Assembly: GCA_020891255.1 (NCBI GenBank) | Contig: BQFW01000001.1 | Span: 2,294,001-2,358,000, forward strand | Length of the DNA stretch: 64,000 bases | Direction: 5' to 3' | From: Entomortierella parvispora E1425 | Lineage: Eukaryota > Fungi > Mortierellomycota | In this document: piece by piece, positions 38,643 to 52,774 of the stretch | Layout of the letters: the number at the start of each line of letters is the position of its first letter | Position numbering within the stretch: the first letter of the stretch is position 1 | Notes under the pieces: generated by a model | Told to the model about the DNA's origin: nothing | The model's input: the letters and a program-made list of their open reading frames with translations, nothing else | Database searches by the model: none | Position numbers and translations under genes: made by a program

Positions 38643-41334
38643 GCCGTGTGAGCAAGGTGATGTTGAGTGAATGAATAAATGAAAGAATGAATGATGGCTG
38701 GACAAATGGGGACAGGGCAGGTGAGATGGACGCGGAGACGGATCACCACTGAGGAGAACGAAGGCTAGCTTAGGATGTGAATGGGAGCAGGGGAGGGAGA
38801 GAGGAAGAGAGGAAGAGCGAAGAATGAAATGAAGAGATGGCAAAGGAGAATTAACAATGACGAAGACGAGAAGAAGGAGTGAGGAGAGGAGAAGGGAGGA
38901 AGGAGACAGCTGAGGAAGAGAGGGAAGAGGGGAAGAGCAGGCCCTGCCTGTCGGCGCATGTTCTTGTCAAGCAAGCTGTTTAACCTGTTCTGTGGCACGA
39001 TGGTGCGGAGCGAAGGACGGAGCGAAAGGATCCGCTTCTTCCTGGGTTCGTTACCAGTCTTAGCCTGCTGAGATGGGATGATCAGTGCGGAGAAACTCAA
39101 GATAGGATAGACGGCAGCCATGGTATAAAAAACCCGCTCTGCATGCCTCCTTCCCTGCCCGTCTCATCTCTGCTGGGGTCAATTGCTGGCCAACACAGCC
39201 CCGGCAAGGGCTGCTGCTGAACCGAGGAGAATAATCTCTCAATAATCCCGCTCAAATAGCCGCTGTTGTCCTGCCAGAAATAGATCCTGCTCATTCTCAA
39301 AGTCGCACAGAAACCAAAACAAGATTGTGCACAGGGCGGCGATTCTTTATTGACGCAGGAGACAGCCCTTCTCGCAAACTTTTACTCTTTCGGGGTTGAT
39401 TGATGCGATAGTAACTCCCTCTGCTTCCCCCTTTCCTCTTCCTCTTCCCCTTTGCGCCTCAGCCTGGACAGGGAACATTCAATTCAAGGCCGGGATTGAA
39501 AATTCTCCAGCCCGAGGCACATGCAGCTGCGGCTGCCATTGAGACAGCAGGGGCAACGCTATCAGGACAGAGGTGAGGGGGGGGGGGGAGGATCAAGACT
39601 CAAGAGCGGGAAAAGTGAACAGCCGAAACTGAACATTGAACCACATAGTCAAGGAGTGGGGATGGTTGAAAAAGATCGGCGCAGTGGAAGACGAAATGAT
39701 GGAGTGGTCGAGGGTGAGTTAGTTATCCAGGTTTTGTGCAATTGAGGACTCGAAAAGAGAGGATGTACTGGTCTGGACCTGGCTCTTGTTCGATAGGCCG
39801 ATCGAGATACCACGATCTTGAATCTCGGGACAACATCTCAAGTATCTGCTCCTGGATGTTGTAATCGCTCTCATTTCCTGCAGAGCTCTGCAACATAATT
39901 TTCTTGCGCACGTGGCCTAGCAAGGTCGCGCTTTGGGCCATCTCGACTCGCAGACAGTCAAGGCGCAGAACAGTCAAAGACTTTCACCTTTGATTTGCTT
40001 CATATATCTAGAGACCACCCGTCGTGCACCAATGCAAAAACCTAGCTGCATAGAAAAAAGCCGATCAAGACACACAGAGATGGAGAGAGAATGTCCTATT
40101 GACCGTGGTACCAGCAGTGGTGGAGAGGCAAAAGGTTGAAGGGAAGACCCAGTAACCACAATACTGTGGCGCACACAAGAGCACTTCAGTTGGGTGTCAC
40201 CATCTATTCAGAGACCTTTTGGGACAGGGGTGATCACAACCTGCCTGGACCACAAAATGGAGGGATGCACCCGAGGGCATGCTACAGTAGCAAGGCCACA
40301 ACGAGAAAGAAGAGTGGAAAAGAGGGCCGACTTTGACTGGCGCAAGCGAGAGTATGGGCATGGGTGAATGACGCAGGTCGATCGCCGTGCACCCGCTGCG
40401 ATAATAGCTCGACAGGGCGTGGTTCTGCCCCTGTGTCCGCCCTACGAGCAAATTAGGTTCTGTGGCAATCAAAAGAGACTGCGACCATTCGCCACAGTCG
40501 TCCGTTGGTGCCTGTTTGGTGCAACCTTCATTTCCCACCACGCACCCTTACTTCGTTCTCGCCCTCCCCCTCTCGTCGACCTCGTCGACTGTGTTTTTTT
40601 TTCTTTGTTGACAGCAGAGTTGAGTTGGCTAGAGACCTGTGAACTAACAGAGGAGAGGGCAAGAAAGAGCAGTGAGTGAGTGAGTGAGTGAGTGTGTGAG
40701 CACCCGCACCATCAGCCAGCCCTCTGCGCTGCACTTCCAGTATTTGGCTGGCCCCTGTCCGTCTCTCTTGTCCGTTGCTGGTTGTCTCTTTGCCATCCAT
40801 CCATCCATTCATCCCTGCCCCCTTCCATCCCTCCATTCCGACATCCGCATCCCACATCCATCTGGGCCGCATTCCTTACTCGCTTCTCATTCCCCTCTGC
40901 TCGAGCAAATCACAGCGCTCATCCCGTCCTACCAACCCACCCCACCACCCCTCATCTCGACTGTCCTTTGTCTTGAATCCCTTTCCTTCCTTCTCTTTTA
41001 CGCAAGCCCTCACCCTCTTACCTTTCCGAGGAACTGTTCCCGTACCCGGGTTCTGTTCTCTCCCTCCCTCCCCGCCCCCCGCTCCTATTCTCATTCTGCT
41101 CCCGCTTCCTTGCCTGTGAGTTCTCTATCCTCCATCCCCTGCATGCTTTCTCCAGTATGACGGCGGGCGTGTGTCAAAGCTGCGTCCTTGCATGTCTCAT
41201 GTCTCGCCTCCCCTTCTCCTTCCCCACACGACCGTCGTCTTGCTGTCAAAGACTAAACTACCTTGCTGTTTTTCCTTGCTTCAGGCGAGCACCCGTTCCC
41301 TGCCTCTCCCCCATAGAGATATCCTAGAGTCACG

Positions 41335-42418
41335 ATGGGCGCCCAATGGAAACGTGAAAAGGTCCAGGACCACAAGTTTGACTTTATCAACGTGGACGAC
41401 TTTGTCGACAATTCTTGCTGGCGTCAATTCCGGTACTGCCTCGTCTTTGTGGCTATCATGAGAGGCATCCTCGTCTACTGCTCCGATATCTTCACCGCTG
41501 TCAATTTGCTTGCCAATAGCAATCCACAGACCTTCGTCTCGTCAAGCGGCGTCGACTTTGGAGGGTTCAAGCTGCCTTTCACTGTGTACAAGTATCTGTT
41601 CCCAGCCTGTATTATCTTTGGGTTCTTGCTTCTGGCACTGGAAGTCCGTCGGGCCAGGAACATTGTCCTGTCTAGAGACATCTCGTACGCGTTCACGTCT
41701 CAGATGGCCAGTCGATACTACACTGTGCGATCCTATCCCCATTACTGCTTCTTTTCTCAGATTAACAACTCAAAAAAGAAGGTGGATGAGGTTGCTTTCT
41801 TTTGCTTCTTTACATTCAGAAGTAAGTTCTGCTCTTTCTTTTGCCACCGTTTTTTTTTCTCTCCCTCCAACCTCACAGCGGTTGCTTTTTACCGCACCCG
41901 TCTTCTTTCGCGACTGCACTGACTGGTCAGGGAGCGACTGAGCCACTTTTTAGACAGCCCTTGCGCCTTGTTGGTCTGCCTAGTGAGCCTTTATTAATTG
42001 CATGCCCTACTGGTCCATGAACCATGTATCTTTTGTATCTCACTAGACTGGAAACGGTTGATGCTCGCCGATGCGCCTCGTCAGGTCATCAACGCTTCGA
42101 TTCTTTACCAAACCTTTCAAGGCAAAGTGGAGTGGAGCAAACCCTCGAGCTTTTTCGATTGGGGCACACTTCTGCCCAATGCCTCCATCTTCAAGCTGAT
42201 TACCTTGGGCGCTATGATCTTCACAGTGCTCATGTTTGCGTTCTCTCTTTTGATGTTTCTTGCGGCTGTTGTCATGTACATCCCCTTGGTCAGTCATATC
42301 CAGGGAAATCTCAAGGAGTTCTGTTGCCACAAGATCGATAAGCGGTACGTGTTGACCTTACTCGACTGTTTGCTTTGCTAGATGTCAGAAGAATGAACTG
42401 CAGGAGCTAAACAACCTT

Positions 42419-42452
<34 letters not shown>

Positions 42453-43499
42453 CATTGTAGTATCGAGGAACTCATTCGCAGAAATACAAAGAGAAGAGCC
42501 GAGGCGGCGTTGAAGGGCGGAAGGAAGGGCAGCCAGAAAGATATTGCCATGTCAAACTTGAAACAGCCAACCCTTCCGCAGCTGGATTTGCTCGAGGGCA
42601 CCAGCAATAAGCCTTTGCCGACCCCACGGACCGCCTACACAGCCCAGACCCCAGCCACTTACAACACTCCCTACGCAGGCAACAACGGCGGCTATGGCCA
42701 ACAGCAAGATTTCTACGACAATAACTATGGCGAGTACGGTGGCGATTATGGTTACAACAATACGAACAACAGGGGATTCACGACTACCCCTGCCACTGCT
42801 GGATATAACCAAAACTACCCCAAGGATGACTATTTCCAGTCAAAGCCCACTCCTCACCGTTCCGCAACCACGACCACATCCTCAGCTGCCACGACGCTCG
42901 TGTCGTCCAAGACACCAACTGGTTATGATCCTTACTCTGAGTCCGCGTACACGGATGATATCTACGATATCTACTCGGGCAAGGAAGAGCAGCAACGCTT
43001 GCAACAGACAGCTGCTCAGGAGGCTTATGGCGATTATTACAGCACCCCTTCCAGCAATAACAACAGCAGTGGCTTGTATCACCAATCCTCACAGGCAACA
43101 GCGCCCGCTCCTTCATCAAGAACGAGGCGATATGATGATTATGGTCATCCACAACGGTCTGGCTCGCCCCTGCCCTCCCAGCATGGATCCGACCTTGACA
43201 GCAACCACTATGGTTATGATAACAGCAGGAGCAACGGCAACACTAATGGAACGACACGTGCCTACGCTGCTAACAACACCACGAACACAAGTGCTGGCTA
43301 TGGTGGATACAACAATAACGGCCACCATAACTCTGCAGAGTATTACCGGTCCAGTAGCCCCGCCCCTGGTGGTCGTGGCAACGGGAGCAGTCAGTACCAG
43401 CAACAGCAACAACAATACGCGCCGCAGACTTCCCCTCAGCAAGCACCCCAGCGTGGTCGTCGGCAAGATACGAACTACCGGGCTGGCCAAGGGTACTAA
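41335..43499 (+). CDS. KCH1: Kch1/Prm6-family low-affinity potassium transporter
   Basis: N-terminus WKREKVQDHKFDFINVDDF, then ILVYCSDIFTAVNLL, DISYAFT...RYYTVRSYPHYCFF, and WKRLMLADAPRQVINA...YIPLVSHIQGNLKEFCCHKIDKR; long disordered C-terminal tail. Confidence 0.88.
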
Positions 43500-44124
43500 T
43501 TGTTACAAAATATATTTACACAAAAATAAAGATATTGAATTGAAAAAAGCACCCTGTCTCTGCATCCTACGAGCAAATGGGAGTACAGAGATGCAGAGAG
43601 GAGAAGAACAGAAGAGAAGAGAGGAAAGATAGAAGGCAAGAAGAGTGTGCGCGTGGACAGGGTCGGCGCGACTGGCTGGCGAAGAGCAAGACCTGCGTGT
43701 GATTGGCCCCTTGCAGTTTCTGTGTTCGTTCTCCACGCACAGAGTCCACAGGGGCAGAACGAAAACCAACGCGCCGGGCTCAGTGCGACTGTCTGTCATT
43801 GTCTGGCTGTCCAGTCAGTGTCCGTGGCGTGGAGTGGCGTGGAGAGCAGCGAGAGGGATGATGAAAGATGGGATGATGCCATGTCACCTTGCTCCTCTCC
43901 TTTCTCACCACGATCATCCCTCTTTCACGACCCCTTCCCTTGATTTACTCACCCCAGCTTTTTTTTCTTTCTTTCTCATCATCCATCGTCATCCCGGTAC
44001 CCACATTCGGTCGACACTTGGACTCTGGAATAACGACATCCCGTGCACACATCTCTTTTCTTTTCCCTCCCCTTCCCTCTTTTTCCTTCTTTTCCCAACC
44101 AAAGGAACAGGACTCACCCCCACA

Positions 44125-45586
44125 ATGTCATGGACTCTTGTTCTGTCGAGTCTCATCCTCGGAGGGGTCATCTGTGTAAGGCTGCATTCTCTTTCTCCTT
44201 CATCGCTTTCGAGGAGAAAAGGAGAAGAATGAAAGTTGCTCTCCATTGGACAATGGACAAGACAAGATGACTTACCATGCCAGACATCTGTTTATCCTCA
44301 TGTAGGCCTTCTCGATCCTCTACTTGATGAGTCCCAACCCACGACAGCCCACAGAATCTGAGAAACGCTACCAAGACTACTCTCACCTCCCTTCGCTCAT
44401 CAAGGAAGAACAAGACTATCTCCAACGGAAATCAAAGGAAGCCTCGTCTTCTTCATCACCCTCAGGGAAGCCTGCCAAGGTCGCAGGCGCATCGACTCGA
44501 TCGGATAAATACAAGTCGCAATTGCTGAAGCTGGATCGAACCGACAGTCCTGCACAAAAGACCTTGTCCGTGGTCGTCCCCGCTTACAACGAGTCGGAAC
44601 GTTTGCCGATCATGATGAAGGAAACCTTGGACTTTTTGAAGGCCAAGGCCAAGAAGGAGCCTGGATTCACCTATGAGATCTTGATTGTCGATGATGGTTC
44701 CCAAGACACGACCGTTCGGGTGGCCCTGGAGCTGGCTCAGCAGGAGAAGGACAAGGATATTCGCGTTGTGAGCTTTGAAAAGAACCGTGGCAAGGGTGGT
44801 GGTGTCATTCAGGTATGGCGAGTCAATATGCTTTTTTGAGCCTAGATGATGTTCTGTCAGGGCGAATTGGACTGACCTTTCCGATTCGATGTTCTTTCTT
44901 TTGACAGGGCATGCAATACACACGCGGAGAATACATCTTGATGGTAGATGCGGATGGTGCAACTCGTTTCTCAGATCTGGATTCTTTGTTGGACAAGCTC
45001 AAGCAGAACGAACGCGATGGACATTGTGTCGCTGTCGGATCCAGAGCTCACCTTGTCAAGACGGATGCTGTTGTCAAGGTAAGGCAGGATGGGCAGGCTT
45101 TATTGCTTTCTTGATGAGGAGCAAAAAAAAAAAAAAAAAAAAAAAATGGTTTGCAAATATTCTGACATGAGACCTGGACCTTCCCATTTCTAGCGCTCGT
45201 TCATCCGCAACTTTTTGATGTACTCATTTCACAAGGTCTTGTATGTGCTCGGCGTCCGTGGAGTCGAAGATACCCAATGCGGCTTCAAGCTCTTCACTCG
45301 CAAAACCGCCCAGGCCATCTTCCCCAACATGCATGTCGAGGGCTGGGTCTTTGATGTCGAGGTCTTGCTGATTGCTCAGCATCTGAAGATCCCTATTGTA
45401 GAAGTTCCTGTCGCCTGGCAGGAGATTGACGGATCCAAGGTTTCGTTGATGCGGGATTCCATCCAGATGGCGCTGGATCTCTTGATTATCCGTATGAACT
45501 ATATCTCGGGCATCTGGACCATTCGTCCCTTGCCGTCTTCGGTCGCTAACAAGAGCGACAGCGCGGTATCGAGCAAGAAGAAGTAA
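44125..45586 (+). CDS. ALG5: Dolichyl-phosphate beta-glucosyltransferase
   Basis: N-terminal TM; GT2 motifs [76 protein letters not shown]. Confidence 0.96.
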
Positions 45587-45772
45587 AATAGAATCTATCA
45601 TGTATCTCTCCACTCCCGACACCTTGTTCAAGTCGCGTCCTATTAAAACCAAGGAATGCAAAGATTATTATGGATTCAAAAGGGACAAGGATGGAGATTT
45701 TTGTCTATGTAGTTTATTTTTATGAACAAGGCGGGAGGAGTGTTTGAATTGTATACATTATTTTACGTCGCA

Positions 45773-47848
45773 TTACTTGGCACCAATCTTCTGTTGAAGG
45801 GTGCGCTTAATGACACGAGAGATGACATCCGTGTCAGGGAAGGCCAAGGTCTCGAGGTTCTGGGCATAGGGAGTAGGAATATCGGCACCAGTGATACGGA
45901 CAACAGGGGCATCCAAGTGGTCGAAAGCCTCGCTCTCCATGATCTGAGCGCAGATCTCGGATCCGACTCCGTACTGAGGCCAGCCTCCCTCAACAGTGAC
46001 CAAACGGTTGGTCTTCTTGACAGACTTGATGATGGTATCAATGTCCAAGGGGCGGATCGAACGCAAGTTGATGACCTCAGCCTTGCAGATACCCTCCTTC
46101 TCCAAGAGCTGAGCAGCCTCCAAAGCAAAACCGACAGAGCGAGAGTGGGCAACGATGGTGATATCAGAGCCCTCCTTTTCAATCTTGGCCTTGCCAATCT
46201 CGACAACAAAGTCCTTGGACAAAGCAGCCTCGGACATGGGGAAAGAGACACCATACATTAGCTCGTTCTCCAAAACAACAACGGGGTTAGGGTCACGGAT
46301 GGCAGCCTAGAGAAGGAGAAAGAAAACAGCTTGATGAGTATTTTCGGACAATTGAATTGCAATTGAACTGCAATAAGGTCCTATCTCGCGAAATTTTACC
46401 TTCAGCAAACCCTTGGCATCCTCAGAGTTCCAAGGAGAAACAACCTTAAGACCGGGAACAGATCCATACCAGGCTGCAAAGCACTGGGAATGCTGAGCAG
46501 CAACACCGGAGGCGGCACCGTTAGGGCCACGGAAGGTGATGGGGCAAGTAACGTTTCCTCCGGACATGTAGTGAGTCTTGGCTGCAGAGTTGACGATCTG
46601 ATCAATGGCCTAATGGTGACGAAATAGAATAAACGTTGCATCAGACTCTACGATCTTTTCAAATATTCAATTGAAATGCCAGCACTGAAGGCGATCCTTA
46701 CCTGCATAGCAAAGTTCCAGGTCATGAACTCGCACACGGGCTTCAATCCAGCAAAGGCCGATCCAACAGCGAGACCACAGAATCCAGACTCGGTAATAGG
46801 GGTATCAATAACGCGCTTGGGACCGAACTTGTCCAAGAGACCCTTGGAAACCTGATTTTAATTCGACAACAAAGGGTCAGCGATATGTTGTTTCTACTCT
46901 TGCGAGCCATCCCCTTTTCTCATTCACACTTCCATTCTGTTTTCAAAGAAGAAACAGGGCTTCATCTTTTCTGCGTAGTCGCCCGCTTCGCAAACAAGGA
47001 CCGAACCCTCTCGCGAAGGTTTCCGTCTTTGATCTTTTGGGGCATGAACTTTATGTGGGTTGCACTCTTTTTTTTTTTTTTTTTTTTTGCTCTGCGAAAA
47101 TATATTTTTTGGGTGCTCACTTGCCCTGGTCTCTCTTTCTCAGTGCTCGTTGCCCTTTATTCCATCATGAACATTGAGGGGCGGACAAGTATCCGTGTCT
47201 TTCCGCGAAAAGCATTTCAGTCTCTTGCCATCCCATTTTTGAATGGCTGATGATTTACCTTGTAGGCTCCGTTGTACTGACCGACTTCCTCGCCCATCAA
47301 GTAGACCTTGTCATCCGCTTGCATCTCCTCCTCCAAGGCAGAGTTCAAGGCATCACGGACGGTCATCTAGTACAAACAAAGAAGAAAGGCCTTTGTCAGA
47401 ATGAAAGCAAAAGATAAAAAAAAATGTAGACTCCCGCCGTGGAAAAATAGAACGTAAAAGGTCGCTCATGAAGTTGTTCTTATCCTCGCTTATCATCCGC
47501 CTCAGTCTATCTTGGTCCAATGGATAGAACAAGCAGACACTCCTCCCATTCCAGACGCGTGATTCGTTGGATCCATCTTTGAGCTGACGTTGACGTCAAA
47601 GAAATCTTTCCGTAATTTTTTGTTCCCGATCTCATATTGTCGACACCAGGTAATTGGGAAGGGTGTCGCCTCTTCAAAGGTGGGAAGGAGAAGAGTAGCA
47701 GGAAAGATCCGCTTACCTCTACACCATTCTTGGAGTTGTATGACCGCTTGGCAAGCAAGGATGTGGCGAGGATGGGGTTGGATCGGGTCAAAGCCTGGCG
47801 GACAGAGGGGATTGAGACCACGGCGGCCTTTCTCAACACGGAAGACAT
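45773..47848 (-). CDS. PDB1: Pyruvate dehydrogenase E1 beta subunit (mitochondrial)
   Basis: Presequence-like [23 protein letters not shown]; [70 protein letters not shown]. Confidence 0.98.
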
Positions 47849-48392
47849 GACTGTATATGTGAAGTACGTGAGAATGAAAGAGGGGAGAGAAGAGTGGAGT
47901 GGAGAGAAGAAAAGAAGGAAGAGAAGAAAGAAGGGGAAGAAAGGGAATGCAAGCGAATGAGAAAGAAAGGACAAAGGGAATGGGTGCAACAGGGGGAAGG
48001 AGGGGAGAAGAAAAAAGTGACCGAAACTGAAAAAGTCGCCCGCACGCACGGGCACCCGTCGCGGCTGCATGCCACAGAACCCACAAATTATCCCACACTC
48101 GGGAGCAATAGGAAACTCACGGCAAATCAACGGAACACATGAGCTCTGTCTTTCTCTCTGCCTTCCGCAGATCCACAACGTTTTCAGGGCGGCCGTTGGT
48201 GGACAAACGCGCGCCCTGTTTCCTTTTGGACCACCAGCCATCCTACGGATCTGTCCTTGCGCAGACAACAAGAGTGATTAGGTGCATTTCAACCAAGAAG
48301 TGTATTTATTTTTGAGATAATATGTGTACAAGAATGAAGAGTATGGAAAATGAATGGTAAAGGGTAGCATGCAGAATAACGGAGACCGGTCT

Positions 48393-49839
48393 CTAGACCA
48401 AGAGAAGGGCATTCACACAGCCGTCCAACTCTGGGTTGTTTGTGATCTGGGCATATTTACCCCAAACGACCTTGCCTCCTGTGGTAACAAGACCCAACTC
48501 TGACACGTTGACCTCAATAACTGTTCCCTTGGTGAGAACACCAAGCTGTGTGTAAAGAGGACTCTGGGGGTTCTTCTTGACTCCAATGATAGGCAAGCAG
48601 AAAGTAGCCTTGAGCTCGGGGTGGGTAACGTGGGCCTTCTTGTAACGGAGGGCAGAGGGGCGAATGAAACGCTCGTACTTTGGGGGCTTACGAGTGAAGC
48701 CATCACCAACGAACGTGGCCTTGGTGACCATTCTCTTCCATGACTTGGCCTTGGTCTTTCCTGAGCGGAGGACCTTGAACATCTCGTCCTCAGCAATACC
48801 ACGGACCTTGGGCAAAGGAACGTTCCACTTTCCAGCCTTCTCCTTGCGCTTCTGCTTAATCATGTTGCTCAACACCTTGGCGCGCTGCTGACCCTCACGA
48901 TCCAAAAGATAGCCGGGAACAGCTCCCTCTGGAACAGCCTCGGCATCCTTCTGCTTGGCGTTCTTCTCCTCGTGCTGCTTAATACTGCAAACGGTAATTG
49001 GATAAAACAAAGGTTGGTTAAATAGTGTCCAGGTGTAGGGTATATCACGACTATTGGATCTCTGAATTGGCCTTTCGGGGTGGTTGAGAAAAGGTTCCTG
49101 TGGTCCTCTTCCGTGACTCCTGGTCCAGTAGAGTTGAATTCCTTGGATAGTGGCGTCACACGTGTTGCTGTAACTCTCTGCAGCAGGTCCAGATTGAGAA
49201 TATTCTCGTAATACCGAGTGAACCAACCGCAACCCCTTTGCGACTGATACATCTGCTCCCTCCTGTATCTGTCTCTTGCATATTCGTAAAACCTGGGTCC
49301 CTGCTCCGGTCTATTGCCATGCATACATTGCTCCTGATAATGCTATTATAATAGTGGTCGACTTGGACACGTTGAAAAAAAAAGGTACGTACGTCTTCTT
49401 CATCTGAATCTTCTCAGAGTGTCTCTTCTTGTTGTACATCTTGGCCCTCAAACCAGTGACCTTCTGTGCAAACTGAGAGCTCTTGTGGGCCTCTCTGGCC
49501 TCTCTCTTGCGCCTGGGAGGTAAAAAGAAGAATCGAAGGTCAATAAACAGGTCGGACAACCACGGAGTCATATATGACCACGACAAGTCTCGATGCTTAC
49601 TTGCGCTCGGCGAAATCGAGTCTGCGACCATGTCGCTTAATCGACTCTTCGATATATTCGTTCTGAGGCTATTCGACGAGAAGTTGAGTAACGCACAGCA
49701 GCAAGAGTAGGAGACCGATGTTAGCGATGAATTAGGAACGACGGAATGAGATGCCGCAGACTGGCATGTGTCCGATGCGGAAGACTATTGCTTGCTGTGC
49801 AGAGCAGAGTGAGGCAAAGCAGGTAGGTCATCATACCAT
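48393..49839 (-). CDS. NSA2: Ribosome biogenesis protein Nsa2
   Basis: M|[23 protein letters not shown]|[10 protein letters not shown]...EKIQMKKT|IKQHEEK...[28 protein letters not shown]...[22 protein letters not shown]; the first coding exon is the ATG alone (49837-49839). Confidence 0.97.
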
Positions 49840-50069
49840 AGTAGGGGATGTGAGGGGGAAATGCGAAAGGAGGGATCAACTAATGCAGAAACATCCACGT
49901 TCATGTAGCAGCCAGAACAATGAGAAAAAGGCACGGCACAGCGTAGATAACCCCTCACATTTGCACGGGTCTACTGCGTGTTGTTTGAAAAAAAGCAAAA
50001 AAAAAAAAAAAAAGGTGACTGCGGGACGACCTGGTGGCTTAGTCACTCGTAAACAAGACGAGTTCAATC

Positions 50070-50098
50070 CACGTGATTGGTCTGATATGTCACGTGAC
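50070..50098. promoter_or_regulatory. Two CACGTG E-boxes (one within the perfect palindrome GTCACGTGAC) and an adjacent reverse CCAAT box in the NSA2/PUT2 divergent promoter
   Basis: CACGTG at 50070-50075 followed by ATTGG at 50076-50080; GTCACGTGAC at 50089-50098. CACGTG is the established bHLH (Cbf1/Pho4/USF-type) core; function here is inferred. Confidence 0.45.
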
Positions 50099-50210
50099 TT
50101 GATCTTCGTTGGCTGGGTGCGAAATGTTCGTGGAGTACTTCAGTTCTCTCGCTCCTTCTCTTCTCTTTTGTTCCTCATTCCTTCCTCTCCAAACCGCAAC
50201 CAAACACATC

Positions 50211-52774
50211 ATGTCTGTCCCTACCGCCAACTTGGCCACCTTCAAGATCCCCGCCGTTGCCAACGAGCCCATGGTAACGTCCATTGTTTCCTGCATGTTC
50301 ATTCTTTTGACCGCAACCAACCACTGTCTCAACTCTCCCACGCTAACTCGCCCCAATTTTTTTTTTTTTTTTTTTACTTTTCTCTATGTTTCTGATGCTT
50401 TCGATTCATGCCACGCTTACAGAAAGCTTATGGCCCCGGCTCTGCTGAGCGCGCCGCTCTTCAGGCTGCCTTGAAGGAGCTCCGTGCCCAGGCCCCTCTT
50501 GATATTCCTTGCATTGTCAACGGAAAGGAGGTATGGTCACTTTCGCCGTTTGTCTACACGTTTCTGGATGGAATGGGCGAAACACTGCGGAGCTTCGATT
50601 AACGAAGCTAACAAATCTCGTCTTTGTTCCTTCTGTCTGTTTCTTTGGGCATACTTAGGTCCGCACCGGAATCATGGAGAAGCAGGTCATGCCCCATGAG
50701 CACAAGACTGTCCTCTGCAACTACCACAATGCTGACGAGGCTCTTGTTGCTAAGGCCATTGATGGTGCTTTGGCTGCCAAGCTCGACTGGGAGAACACTC
50801 CCTTTAACGACCGTGCTGCTATCTTCTTGAAGGCTGCCGATCTCGCCTCGACCAAGTACAGGTAAAGTCAACCAACATACCAGTCATTGAGTGGGGATCT
50901 AAAGGGATGACTCGTTTGGGCCTAAAATTGTGGGTTATGGGTCATAATTCATTTAGTGTTTGGGTGATCTGATCCTCTATTTTTCTTTGTGGGCTCGCAC
51001 CCTATGGTTCGGGCGGGAAGAGGAAAGAGAGACTGAGCGTGAGAGAGAAGAGAGTTCTGTGCCGTGCCTACTCTATATGGGAATCCTATTCTTTTTCGCA
51101 GAGAAATATTTCCCACCGTCGCCGCTTTTTCCTTCATTTTTTTGGGCTTTCGTTGGGGTAGAAGCCGTTTGTGTCCGTGTACAACACCCTTGATCGATGG
51201 CTCAACAATCACCCTGGCCCCTGAAGATGTTTCTGTCCCAGCTCCTGCCCGTACCCGATCCACCGAGTTTGAGGTCTTGGATCTCTTGGTGGCCTTTGGC
51301 CGTTCTTCCATATTTCTGGCCCTTTCACCCAATGACGCCACTTTCGTTGGATTTCGCCCCTTGAAATCCCGACTTCTTTATATTTTTTATTTTTTTACAA
51401 TTGAAGAGTCATCCATGTACCAGGGGCTTGGTAGAGTCTTTCTTATGGAACGATGACTGACGATCCGTCTCTTCAATATATGTTTGTCGCGTCTTTAGAT
51501 ACAAGATCATGGCCGCCACCATGCTCGGTCAGGGTAAGAACGCCTGGCAGGCCGAGATCGACTCCGCCGCCGAGATGATCGATTTCTGGCGCTTCGGTGT
51601 CAAGTTTGCTGAGGAGCTCTACGCTGTCCAGCCCCCCCAGAACAGCGCCGGAACCTGGAACCGTACCGAGTACCGCCCCCTCGAGGGCTTTGTCTTCGCC
51701 GTCTCGCCCTTCAACTTCACTGCCATCGGTGGTAACTTGGCTGGTGCCCCCGTCCTCATGGGTAACGTCTGTGTCTGGAAGCCCGCCCCTGCTGCCACCT
51801 TCGCTTCCTATGTTGTCTACGAGATCATGCGCGAGGCTGGTCTCCCCGATGGTGTCATCCAGTTCATCCCCGGTCCCGCCCCCGAGGTTGTCGCCCAGGT
51901 CATCAAGCACCCCGAGTTTGCTGCCCTCCACTTCACTGGATCCACCCACGTCTTCCGCAAGCTCTGGAAGGACATTGGAAACAACATTGAGAACTACAAG
52001 TCTTACCCCCGTATTGTCGGTGAGACTGGTGGCAAGAACTTCCACATGGTCCACAAGACCGGTAACGCCACCTCGGTTGTCAACAACACCATCCGCTCCT
52101 CGTTCGAGTACCAGGGCCAGAAGTGCTCTGCCTGCTCGCGCTGCTACTTCCCCGACAACCTCTGGCCCGAGATCAAGGCTGGTCTCATTGAGGCCCATGC
52201 CCGCATCCAGGTCGGTGGTGTTGAGGACTTCAAGAACTTTGCTGGTCCCGTCATCAACCAGTTCTCGTTCGACAAGATCAAGAGCTACATTGAGTGGGCT
52301 AAGAGCGATGCCGAGTCTGAGATCATTGCTGGAGGCACTTATGACGACTCTGTTGGATACTACATCCAGCCTACCATCATTGTCACCACCAACCCCCACT
52401 CTCGCACCATGACCGAGGAGATCTTTGGACCCATTGTCACCATCTACGTGTACAAGGCTGAGGATTACGAGAAGACCTTGCACTTGGTTGCCAACTCTTC
52501 CGCTTACGCCTTGACCGGAGCTTTGTTCTCCCAGGACCGCTATGCCACCGTCCAGGGCGCCAACATTCTCCGTAACGCTGCCGGAAACTTCTACATCAAC
52601 GACAAGTGCACTGGCGCTGTTGTTGGTCAGCAGCCCTTCGGTGGTGGACGTGCCTCTGGCACCAACGACAAGGCCGGAAGTGCCGCTATTCTCTCCCGCT
52701 TTGTCTCCCCCCGTTCCATCAAGGAGTCCTTTGTTGACCTTGAGGACTTTGTCTACCCCTCCAACTTGGTTTAA
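50211..52774 (+). CDS. PUT2: Delta-1-pyrroline-5-carboxylate dehydrogenase (ALDH4)
   Basis: FKIPAVANEP, DRAAIFLKAADL, MLGQGKNAWQAEID, PLEGFVFAVSPFNFTAIGGNL, GETGGKNFH, FEYQGQKCSACSR, EEIFGP, QPFGGGRASGTNDKAGS. Confidence 0.98.

Noticed and set aside
39723-39977. Short ORF with LEMLSRDSRSWY faintly like the TsaA/TRMO C-terminal motif
   Set aside because: The match is too short and no N-terminal TsaA domain exons are recognisable nearby.
48985-49836. Possible intronic snoRNAs in NSA2 introns (and the long COX12 intron, ~7000-7443)
   Set aside because: I found no properly spaced C/D or H/ACA box pairs; the ATGATGA overlaps the donor site. An Infernal/Rfam scan would be needed.
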